Assembly (NCBI GenBank): GCA_009926145.1
Contig: RFPJ01000001.1
Span: 1 to 41,845 of the forward strand
Source: Bacteroidota bacterium
Lineage (GTDB): Bacteria; Bacteroidota; Rhodothermia; Balneolales; Balneolaceae
DNA: 41,845 nt
Reading direction: 5' to 3'
Part shown: positions 29,162 to 36,717 of the stretch, piece by piece
Layout: every line of letters starts with the position of its first letter
How positions within the stretch are numbered: position 1 is the first letter of the stretch
Translations under genes and position numbers: made by a program
Notes under the pieces: generated by a model
Databases searched by the model: none
Told to the model about the DNA's origin: nothing
Seen by the model: the letters and a program-made list of their open reading frames with translations, nothing else

Positions 29162-30151
29162 TTAATTTACTGCAAGCAGCTTTGTAATAATATCAACGGA
29201 ACCTAAGCCTTCCGCCTCTGCAGCATAATTTGGTATAATACGATGGCGTAAAACAGGAATAGCTAATGATTTGATATCTTCTTCGGTTATACTAAATCGT
29301 CCTTCTGAAAGTGCTTTTGTTTTAGCTCCAAGTATCAAATACTGTGAAGCTCTTGGACCTGCTCCCCAGCTAAGATATTTATTAGATATTGAGTCTTTTG
29401 GATTTTTTTGTGGACGTGTACTAGCCACTAATTGTATGGTATAATCCAAAACAGACGAGGGGATAGGTACATCCAGAATTAAATCTTGGTACTTGAGTAA
29501 ATCATCTTTGTTTATTTGAATAGTTGGAGTATGCTTAGATACTTTGGTTGTGTGTTGAACAATAGATTTCTCTTGATCGATACTTGGATAATCTACCCAT
29601 AACTGAAACATGAAGCGGTCTAGCTGAGCTTCCGGTAAAGGATAGGTACCTTCTTGCTCAATAGGATTCTGAGTGGCCAAGACAAAAAATGGAGGATCCA
29701 AGGTGTAGGTTTTTCCAGATGCTGTAATTTGATACTCCTGCATGCCCTCTAATAAGGCCGACTGAGTTTTAGGTGGGGTACGATTTATCTCGTCAGCTAA
29801 GAGGATATTGGCAAAAATTGGCCCTTTAATAAATCGGAACTGCTTGGTTCCGAGCTCTTTGTTTTCCTCTACAACTTCCGTACCTGTAACATCTCCTGGC
29901 ATTAAATCTGGGGTAAATTGTATTCGACTAAAATCTAGATTCAAAGCGTCCGATAGGGTTTTAATAAGAAGTGTTTTGGCAAGTCCAGGTACCCCTACTA
30001 GTAAACAATGCCCTTTAGAAAATAGACTAATAAGGAGTAGATCAATAATTTCATCTTGTCCGACAATAACCTTTTGTATTTCTTCTTTTAAAGACGAAAA
30101 GTGACGTTGAAATTGTTCGGCATCTCGTATGGATTGTTCAGTTGAATTCAT
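29162..30151 (-). CDS. MoxR-family AAA+ ATPase
   Basis: 329 aa. Walker A LLVGVPGLAKT, Walker B ILLADEINR, ATQNPIEQEGTYPLPEAQLDRF (sensor/arginine-finger region), and GAGPRAS near the C-terminus. Confidence 0.93.
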   Translation of the reverse strand: MNSTEQSIRDAEQFQRHFSSLKEEIQKVIVGQDEIIDLLLISLFSKGHCLLVGVPGLAKTLLIKTLSDALNLDFSRIQFTPDLMPGDVTGTEVVEENKELGTKQFRFIKGPIFANILLADEINRTPPKTQSALLEGMQEYQITASGKTYTLDPPFFVLATQNPIEQEGTYPLPEAQLDRFMFQLWVDYPSIDQEKSIVQHTTKVSKHTPTIQINKDDLLKYQDLILDVPIPSSVLDYTIQLVASTRPQKNPKDSISNKYLSWGAGPRASQYLILGAKTKALSEGRFSITEEDIKSLAIPVLRHRIIPNYAAEAEGLGSVDIITKLLAVN

Positions 30152-30162
30152 GTAGCTAAATA

Positions 30163-31599
30163 TTATAACCCAGTTTGTTGATTGATGTTTGGAAGATCAA
30201 TTCGGTACTCTATGTATACCTCATTTTTTAATTCTTCTAACCACTTTGTGTATTCAATTAATTGTTTTTGTTGTAAGGCTATATTTTTTAATCGTTCATA
30301 ATCGAGTTCCATACTTGCTATATGCTCGGGCACTTGTTCATCTAAGCTTATGATTCGATAAGCTCTTGCTCCTTGTGGAGAGGTTAATGTAAAGGGGCGA
30401 GGCTCTGAAATATCTCCTTCATTTTCGAGCAAGAGAACCATACGATATAAATTAGGATCTAATCTATTGAGAGGTATATACCGCTCACCCGTTTCTGGAT
30501 CTAAAATTTTTCCACCCGATACCTTCGTTATAGGATCTTCACTTCTAAGTCTAGCCATGTTTGAAAATTCCAGACTTGGGATTTGCAAAAGACTATCTCT
30601 TATTTCGGTTAAACGTTCAATGGCAACCTCATCATCAAGTTCTTCTGCATTCACTGAGATTAATATATGACGTGTTTCAATCTGATCACCAATTCTTCGT
30701 ATAAGTTCAATGACATGATATCCATAATCCGTCTCAACAACTTCTGATATTTGTCCAGGCTGTAAGGCAGAAGCTGCTGCAGAATATTCTGAAACTAGCT
30801 CATTGAGCCCCATAAGGGGAAGTAGACCACCTCTTGGGGCGGAGGGACCGTCACTATGCCTTTTAGCAAGTTCGTCTAAGCTTTTACCATGATTTAGAAT
30901 GGAATCTCTTAGAGATTCTGCAAATTGTTTTGCGGATAGTTCAGCATCTTCTTTAGCAGGAGGGATGATAACGATTTGTGATAGTGCCACCTGTTCGGGA
31001 ATAGTAGGTAGTGAATCAACAGGAATTTCGTCAAAAAATTCTTGAACCTCAGGTCTAGTGATAGTGACGCTAGATAAATAGGTTTGTCTAACCTGTTCTG
31101 TGGTCATTTGCTCGCGAAAATCCTCCCGGAATTCTTCTCTAAGTTGTATAATAGATTTACCAAAAGCACGTTCTAGCGCTTGTTCGGTACCTGCTTGCAT
31201 GATAAGCTGCTGAATTCGTTGATCCATTGCTCTATTTACACGATCATCAGGTATGATAACTGAATCAATTTTGGCTTTTTCTAGTAACACTAAGTTTTCT
31301 ACAGAATTATTGAGAAAATTATACCAAAGTGACTCTGTGAATGGAATATTCTGCCCATAGCTTCTACTTTGTAAAAGATAAGTCCTTACATCAGTATCTA
31401 TATCGGATTTTAAAATTACACGGTCATTAACCTGAGCAATAATGTAATCAGTTGGGGTGTTTGAGGACTTAGAATTCGTTGTAGCTACATTGAGCTGCGC
31501 CATCAATTGGTTTGTAAATCCCAAGGAGAGGATAATAAGAAGCAGCACTAAGCCTAGACTATCTCTTTTCATATAATTTTTGTTAAAATAATTCGGCAT
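30163..31599 (-). CDS. surA: SurA-like periplasmic chaperone / parvulin peptidyl-prolyl isomerase
   Basis: 478 aa. The signal peptide probably starts at the second Met (MKRDSLGLVLLLIILSLGF, ATG 31572). SurA-N-like domain (IIAQVNDRVILKSDID). Parvulin core ETDYGYHVIEL, then a second, degenerate parvulin-like segment. Confidence 0.8.
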   Translation of the reverse strand: MPNYFNKNYMKRDSLGLVLLLIILSLGFTNQLMAQLNVATTNSKSSNTPTDYIIAQVNDRVILKSDIDTDVRTYLLQSRSYGQNIPFTESLWYNFLNNSVENLVLLEKAKIDSVIIPDDRVNRAMDQRIQQLIMQAGTEQALERAFGKSIIQLREEFREDFREQMTTEQVRQTYLSSVTITRPEVQEFFDEIPVDSLPTIPEQVALSQIVIIPPAKEDAELSAKQFAESLRDSILNHGKSLDELAKRHSDGPSAPRGGLLPLMGLNELVSEYSAAASALQPGQISEVVETDYGYHVIELIRRIGDQIETRHILISVNAEELDDEVAIERLTEIRDSLLQIPSLEFSNMARLRSEDPITKVSGGKILDPETGERYIPLNRLDPNLYRMVLLLENEGDISEPRPFTLTSPQGARAYRIISLDEQVPEHIASMELDYERLKNIALQQKQLIEYTKWLEELKNEVYIEYRIDLPNINQQTGL

Positions 31600-31603
31600 G
31601 GGA

Positions 31604-32455
31604 TTAATTTTCTAAGTTAAGTTCAATTTCGTTATTGGCCTCTGCTTGAAGATATAGATTTTGCATATAGCTTTTAAAACTTGTCCTCTTTTTCTCAAGA
31701 ATAAGCCACTCTTGGATTTCTTCTAGTAACCATTCTAGATCGGGATGCTCACCAATAGGTTTTTCTTCCATTAGTTGTACAAACTGATAATCGTCTCCAA
31801 TACGTTCAATCACCGATATTTCACTTATGCCTATTCTTCTTAAATATCGATTCATAATCGGAGAATCCTCGGCAGCTCTACTTATTGGCCAAAACCGTTC
31901 AGCATGACGTAGAGTATATTCCGGCTCAAGTGCGTATTTTGATACAATATTTTCCCAAGAACTACCCCTAAGTATTTCCTGACGAGCTCTAGCAGCATCA
32001 TTTAATGTGGCAGCTTTAAAAAAACGAAATCGAATAAATCGTTCATTGAGTAAAAAGCTGTCTTTATGTTCTATGTAGTAATCACGAGCCTCATCGATGG
32101 TTACTTCTAAACTTGGATTTAATTCTTGAGTGATATACTGTTTAGACACTTCTAATAAGTACTGTTCCGTTAGTTCATTAATGGTATTTAGTACCGATTC
32201 ATCCCTATGTAAACGCAAACGATACGCTTCTTGAACCAACAATCTATCCCGAATCCACTCGTTCACAAATTCATTGATAACCTCAGAGCTATCTCGATAC
32301 TGAAATACCGAAGATGGAATTTGTTTAAGCATATTGGATTTAAGAAGTACATCGTCATTCACTCTGGCAACGACAGTTTCATTTGACGAACCTTGCAAAG
32401 TGCAACCAAAGGCCAATATTCCTAAAGAAAATACAAGTAATTGAATGTGTTTCAA
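31604..32455 (-). CDS. Lipoprotein with a SurA-N/PpiD-like chaperone region; no recognisable parvulin core
   Basis: 283 aa with a TTG start. Lipobox LGILAFGC. VVARVNDDVLLKSNM is typical of the start of SurA/PpiD chaperone domains. I see no G-[FY]-H parvulin signature. Confidence 0.5.
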   Translation of the reverse strand: MKHIQLLVFSLGILAFGCTLQGSSNETVVARVNDDVLLKSNMLKQIPSSVFQYRDSSEVINEFVNEWIRDRLLVQEAYRLRLHRDESVLNTINELTEQYLLEVSKQYITQELNPSLEVTIDEARDYYIEHKDSFLLNERFIRFRFFKAATLNDAARARQEILRGSSWENIVSKYALEPEYTLRHAERFWPISRAAEDSPIMNRYLRRIGISEISVIERIGDDYQFVQLMEEKPIGEHPDLEWLLEEIQEWLILEKKRTSFKSYMQNLYLQAEANNEIELNLEN

Positions 32456-32480
32456 CTGTTGGAAATATTTGATATGATTA

Positions 32481-34433
32481 CTAATCCGAAAATTTCTCTC
32501 GTATAGTATTTGGATAAGATTGAATAGAATAGCGCTTATTAAGTCTGTCCAACCACATTTGTTCTCTTATGGGTTGGTAATCTGAAAGAACTCTATTAAA
32601 GGCCTCGGTAAAGGTCATTTTTCTTGCAGGAAGTATAATATTTAAGACAAAGAATGCCTGTCGATTTTTGTAAGTGAAAAACTCACTAATCTCACCCTCT
32701 GTCAGATCCGCTAATCGAGTAAAGGGTTCACCTTGAAATAATCCAGTTGAATCGGACATTACTGCGACAGGGAAATCGTTTGCTCTAAGGCTATCAGGTG
32801 ACCCTCCAGTCATGATAAAATCTTTAGCTTTCATGAGTGTTGAGTCATATCGAGCTGATATAAGATGATAATAGTAACGGGTATCAAAAACATAATTCGT
32901 GCTATCATTGGTATATCTTTCATATAGTAAAGTGGAATCAACAGTAGCCGAACTCCAGACCGAGTCTTCATTAATTTGATAGACCACCAAACCTCTTAGA
33001 TAACTATCGGTTTGTGTTGAGAAATCTGGAAATACCTCTAAGGTGAAATCGGCTAAATGTGAATCCACAAAAAACTCTTGAAAATCAGTGAACCAATTCG
33101 GGCGAATATTTTCAAGATATAAATTAGCTCTACTTTCTGTGAGATAAGATAAGAAATCTTCAACCGTAGCTAAACGACCTTGAAAAGTTAACAGGCTATC
33201 TGATCGATTTTGTAGGATGCTAGTAGGTATATCGGAAATCAATAATGAATCAGTAGCTAAAAATTGATCTGTAATTGAAGTAATTATTTCAGAATTGACT
33301 TCTAGACCATACTTTTCAGAAATCCAATCAATTACAAAACCATTGTTTCTTTCGAAACTAGAACTATTTTCGAGTTCTTTGGTTAGAAAAGCATCTTTTG
33401 CTTCTTCACTAGCAAACTGTTGAATGGAATCTACTTTTAAAATATGCATTCCATATACGCTAGAAATAGGTTTATTGAATGGTAGGGAAGGGTCAAGTGC
33501 CATAACGGAATCAATAAAAGCTTGATCGTATCGTGAACTATACGATACCCACCCAATATTACCCTCATTGGATACGGATGCTCTGTCTTCCGAAAATTCA
33601 ACAACCAAATCCATCCAAGGAGTACCTTCTTCTAAACGAGAATATAACTCATCAATTCGTTCCGTATCTCCACGATTTGAAATGAAAATATGAGAAACAC
33701 TTCTTGCAGGAACACGTTCTCTGCGTTCTTCGAGGTGAATGATATGATATCCAAATTGAGTACGTACCGGCATTGAAATTTCTCCCTCTTCTAAGGCATA
33801 TAATGCGTCCTCAAATGGCGCAACCGTCACACCTACACTAAACCAAGGTAAATCTCCTCCCATAAGCTGACCATTTCTTCGAGAAGAGTACATCTCATTT
33901 AGTTCAGCCATGGTGTGTTGACCAGATAAAAATAATTCTCTAGCCTCTATGAGTGTATTGTATACAGCAAGCGTATCTTCAGGCCGGGCATTTTGATTTA
34001 GTTGAATGAGTACATGACTGGATTTGAGTTCTTCATTATAGCGTGATTTGAATTCTTGAAACTGGGTGGGTTTAATTTGTTGATCCAACCAAAATGCGTA
34101 GGCTGCTTGCTTGGCATATATAGCATATTCATCAAGAATCGAGCTCTTTTCAAAATAGCCTTGTTCTTTTGCCGCTAATAATTTTGCACGATAGTTTAAA
34201 TAAATAGGTAAAAATTCTACCAACTCTTCACTTGTAGGATCTTGATTAATGTTACCTGACATATATCCCTCAACTAACTCATCATATAGAATAGACTCCG
34301 TTCCTACCATACCCACCAAATCCATATTTTTTTGGTTATTTAGAATATTGGTACTAGAGTTACATTGAATTGTAAATAGGGTAACTAAAAGTATAAGCTT
34401 AGTGCGTATTGAAAACAGCATAGTAAACTTCAT
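32481..34433 (-). CDS. Large periplasmic peptidyl-prolyl isomerase with two parvulin domains (PpiD/SurA-like)
   Basis: 650 aa with an N-terminal signal/anchor (IRTKLILLVTLFTIQC). Parvulin cores: SSHVLIQL...TQFGYHIIHLE and VSHIFIS...SVYGMHILKVD. Confidence 0.8.
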   Translation of the reverse strand: MKFTMLFSIRTKLILLVTLFTIQCNSSTNILNNQKNMDLVGMVGTESILYDELVEGYMSGNINQDPTSEELVEFLPIYLNYRAKLLAAKEQGYFEKSSILDEYAIYAKQAAYAFWLDQQIKPTQFQEFKSRYNEELKSSHVLIQLNQNARPEDTLAVYNTLIEARELFLSGQHTMAELNEMYSSRRNGQLMGGDLPWFSVGVTVAPFEDALYALEEGEISMPVRTQFGYHIIHLEERRERVPARSVSHIFISNRGDTERIDELYSRLEEGTPWMDLVVEFSEDRASVSNEGNIGWVSYSSRYDQAFIDSVMALDPSLPFNKPISSVYGMHILKVDSIQQFASEEAKDAFLTKELENSSSFERNNGFVIDWISEKYGLEVNSEIITSITDQFLATDSLLISDIPTSILQNRSDSLLTFQGRLATVEDFLSYLTESRANLYLENIRPNWFTDFQEFFVDSHLADFTLEVFPDFSTQTDSYLRGLVVYQINEDSVWSSATVDSTLLYERYTNDSTNYVFDTRYYYHLISARYDSTLMKAKDFIMTGGSPDSLRANDFPVAVMSDSTGLFQGEPFTRLADLTEGEISEFFTYKNRQAFFVLNIILPARKMTFTEAFNRVLSDYQPIREQMWLDRLNKRYSIQSYPNTIREKFSD

Positions 34434-34484
34434 ATCTATTAAGAAATTGATTTAGATGAATAGGTTTTTGTGCTCGTAAACGAC

Positions 34485-34492
34485 CAAATTTA
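34485..34492 (-). promoter_or_regulatory. Candidate -7 box (TAAATTTG) upstream of the parvulin-MoxR-vWA gene string
   Basis: The minus strand reads TAAATTTG, 51 nt upstream of ATG 34433, in the 78-nt gap after nupC. No -33 TTTG at consensus spacing. Confidence 0.3.
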
Positions 34493-34511
34493 AGCAAAGA
34501 TTGTGTATTTA

Positions 34512-35846
34512 TTAAAATAACATTCCTGCTAAAGTAGCCGTCATCAAATTAGCCATTGTACCAGCAAATACTGCTTTTAAACCAAATTTTGCGATCTCAG
34601 ATTTTCTGGAAGGAGCTAAACTTCCAATTCCACCAATCTGAATTGCTATAGATGAGAGATTGGCAAACCCACATAAGGCAAAGGTGGTCATGGCAATAGT
34701 TTTAGGGGTTAAATTTGCAGCTGCTACAGACTCTGCTAGTTTTAGATACGCTACAAATTCATTGAGTACGATTTTGGTACCGATGAGTGATCCAACCGAA
34801 GTTACATCTTGGAGCGGTATTCCAATGATCCAGGCGACAGGCGCTAAAATCCAACCTAAGGCCCATTCGATACTTAACGAGTCACCAATGAGTCCATTCA
34901 ACCCGATTAATCCACCAAACCATTCGAGGAACCCATTCATCATGGCTAATAAGGCAATAAAGGCTAATAACATAGCACCAACATTGGCCGCTAATTTTAA
35001 ACCTATTCCTGCACCTGAAGCTGCGGCATCTATTCCGTTTGCGTCATTTTTTTCAACAACCATTTCAACCTTACCGGCAGTTACAGGAGTTTCCGTTTCG
35101 GGCTCTAATATCTTGGCAATGATTAATGCGGCAGGGGCTGCCATGAGAGAGGCCCCAAGTAAGCGTTCAGCAAAAAGTTGTTGGGCTACTAGTAAATCTA
35201 AACCATTGGCTTGTGCAAAAGATTGGCCTAACATAGCCACATAAGCTGCCATAACACCTCCTGCAATGGTTGCCATACCTCCGGTCATAATGGCTAGTAA
35301 TTCAGACCGAGTCATTTTCTCCAAAAATGGTTTAACCACCAACGGGGCTTCTGTTTGGCCTACAAATATATTGGATATAACCGAAAGGGTTTCTGCTCCT
35401 GAGGTCCCTAACAGTTTTTGCATACCTTTTGAAACGGCCTTTACCACTCGCTGAAGTATACCGTAGTGATAGAGTATTGAGGTAAGTGATGCAAAGAAAA
35501 TAATGGTTGGCAGTACTTGGAAAGCAAAAATGACACCAAATGAATCTTCGTATTCGGGTCCTCTAGCTAAAGAACTAAACAAAAATTCTGCCCCAGCTGT
35601 AGTATATGTTAAAACGATAACGAAAAAGCTAGCTATCCATTCAAATAATACTTTAGGCCAGCCTAAAGGAGACCAGAAATCAGCTAAAGCATCTGATTTC
35701 AGAATGAAAATAGCCAGAATTAACTGCAGTCCCAGGCCAGTAAAAACCAATTTCCAATTAACAGCTTTACGATTTGAACTGAGGGCATAACTAATACCAA
35801 TAATTGCTATCATGCCCAAGAGGCCTCTAAGTATATCAATGATCAT
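34512..35846 (-). CDS. nupC: Concentrative nucleoside transporter (NupC/CNT family)
   Basis: 444 aa, polytopic. N-terminal [42 protein letters not shown]-terminal [19 protein letters not shown], characteristic of the CNT family. Confidence 0.9.
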   Translation of the reverse strand: MIIDILRGLLGMIAIIGISYALSSNRKAVNWKLVFTGLGLQLILAIFILKSDALADFWSPLGWPKVLFEWIASFFVIVLTYTTAGAEFLFSSLARGPEYEDSFGVIFAFQVLPTIIFFASLTSILYHYGILQRVVKAVSKGMQKLLGTSGAETLSVISNIFVGQTEAPLVVKPFLEKMTRSELLAIMTGGMATIAGGVMAAYVAMLGQSFAQANGLDLLVAQQLFAERLLGASLMAAPAALIIAKILEPETETPVTAGKVEMVVEKNDANGIDAAASGAGIGLKLAANVGAMLLAFIALLAMMNGFLEWFGGLIGLNGLIGDSLSIEWALGWILAPVAWIIGIPLQDVTSVGSLIGTKIVLNEFVAYLKLAESVAAANLTPKTIAMTTFALCGFANLSSIAIQIGGIGSLAPSRKSEIAKFGLKAVFAGTMANLMTATLAGMLF

Positions 35847-35914
35847 ATAATTCTCTAATTAGTATATTAAAAATGACTGGTGATTGAATTAGGAGTCATA
35901 ACAGACGTCATGTA

Positions 35915-36523
35915 TCAGCCTTTGTGAGGCGAAGTAAAAGATTCTTCTCGCTTCTCTATACCTCTAGTGAAACAGTGTCGAGCCCTAGGCTCATAGGCAT
36001 CATACTCTCCAACCATAACTTGCTGTGTGCCCTCAACAACTCTTTGGGAATAACTTGCCAACATACCACTCTTGGTACAAATAGCATGTAATTTGGTAAC
36101 AAACTCTGCAATAGCTAGTAAGTAGGGCATAGGGCCAAATGGTTTACCTTCATAATCCATATCAAGACCAGCAACAATTACCCGTTTTTGGTGATTGGCA
36201 AGGATATTGGCTACCTCTACAATATCCCCATCGAAAAACTGAGCTTCATCTATACAGATTACTTGAAATTCATTAGTCAATTCCAAAATTTGCTTAGACT
36301 CTGAAACAACAACACTTGGTATAGCCGTCTCATTATGAGAAACAACATTGGTATCACTGTATCGATTATCAGTTTTTGGCTTAACAACTAGAACCTTTTG
36401 CCCTGCAATTTTTGCCCTTTTCGCTCTTCTAATCAACTCTTCAGTTTTACCACTAAACATTCCACCACAAATCACTTCAATCCATCCATACTCAGGGGGC
36501 AAATAACTTGGTTCATTTATCAT
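35915..36523 (-). CDS. tdk: Thymidine kinase (TK1-like)
   Basis: 202 aa. P-loop GGMFSGKTEEL, plus VICIDEAQFF and VAGLDMDYEGKPF. The C-terminal lasso/zinc region retains only 2 of the 4 usual Cys (see findings). Confidence 0.93.
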   Translation of the reverse strand: MINEPSYLPPEYGWIEVICGGMFSGKTEELIRRAKRAKIAGQKVLVVKPKTDNRYSDTNVVSHNETAIPSVVVSESKQILELTNEFQVICIDEAQFFDGDIVEVANILANHQKRVIVAGLDMDYEGKPFGPMPYLLAIAEFVTKLHAICTKSGMLASYSQRVVEGTQQVMVGEYDAYEPRARHCFTRGIEKREESFTSPHKG

Positions 36524-36599
36524 AAATGTTCAATCTAAAGTAGGTTAGTTAATTCTAATATTGATCACAGTATCAGAATATACAGATATAACAAGGCCA

Positions 36600-36615
36600 A
36601 ATATTAGCTAATATT
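36600..36615. promoter_or_regulatory. 16-bp perfect palindrome AATATTAGCTAATATT in the tdk / helicase divergent intergenic region; candidate operator
   Basis: Read directly: 36600-36615 equals its own reverse complement. It lies 76 nt from the tdk ATG (36523) and 102 nt from the helicase ATG (36718), in the longest non-coding gap of the window. Confidence 0.35.
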
Positions 36616-36717
36616 ATATTAGAGGCAAACGATTATTTTTGGGTTAGTCTGAAGGAGAGGTAGTTACATAGATACACATATTTTTTACATATTCTCAAGC
36701 TATTGTTATATTTGGAT

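Noticed and set aside
18326-30670. Other embedded short ORFs: 18326-18520, 21541-21795, 25415-25720, 25717-25911, 26281-26490, 29808-30104 and 30467-30670. Similar ones further right: 38211-38468, 39211-39432, 39499-39714 and 40084-40272.
   Set aside because: Each is antisense to a confidently identified gene, has a featureless translation, and would require extensive gene overlap.
34660-35790. Three long plus-strand ORFs (194, 62 and 95 aa), all in the same frame, antisense to almost the whole nupC gene.
   Set aside because: The translations are low-complexity and Ala/Ser/Pro/Asn-rich, with no motifs. The minus-strand product is an unmistakable CNT transporter. A nearly open antisense frame is a common by-product of the codon usage of hydrophobic membrane proteins.
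35847-35914. Riboswitch or leader elements upstream of nupC, guaA, apt, metG and thrA (purine riboswitch, T-box, thr attenuator).
   Set aside because: The upstream spacers are only 68, 5, 41, 55 and 63 nt. That is too short for these aptamers plus an expression platform. I saw no leader peptide ORF or conserved aptamer cores.
36708-36715. An exact TAnnTTTG (-7 box) match, TATATTTG, immediately before the helicase ATG.
   Set aside because: It ends 2 nt before ATG 36718. A start site at the usual distance would fall inside the coding sequence, so it cannot serve this start codon unless the mRNA is leaderless with an atypically close start. It is more likely a chance match in AT-rich DNA.
36524-36717. 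Possible replication origin. Gene orientation switches here: mostly minus strand to the left, mostly plus strand to the right. The 194-bp spacer is AT-rich.
   Set aside because: I found no DnaA-box match (TTATCCACA/TGTGGATAA). The best is a 7/9 match at AGATACACA. The spacer is short, there is no dnaA/dnaN context, and plus-strand genes also occur on the left side. The few 60-nt samples I counted show G>C simply following the coding strand, so skew is confounded. Cumulative GC skew over the whole contig would be needed to reopen this idea.
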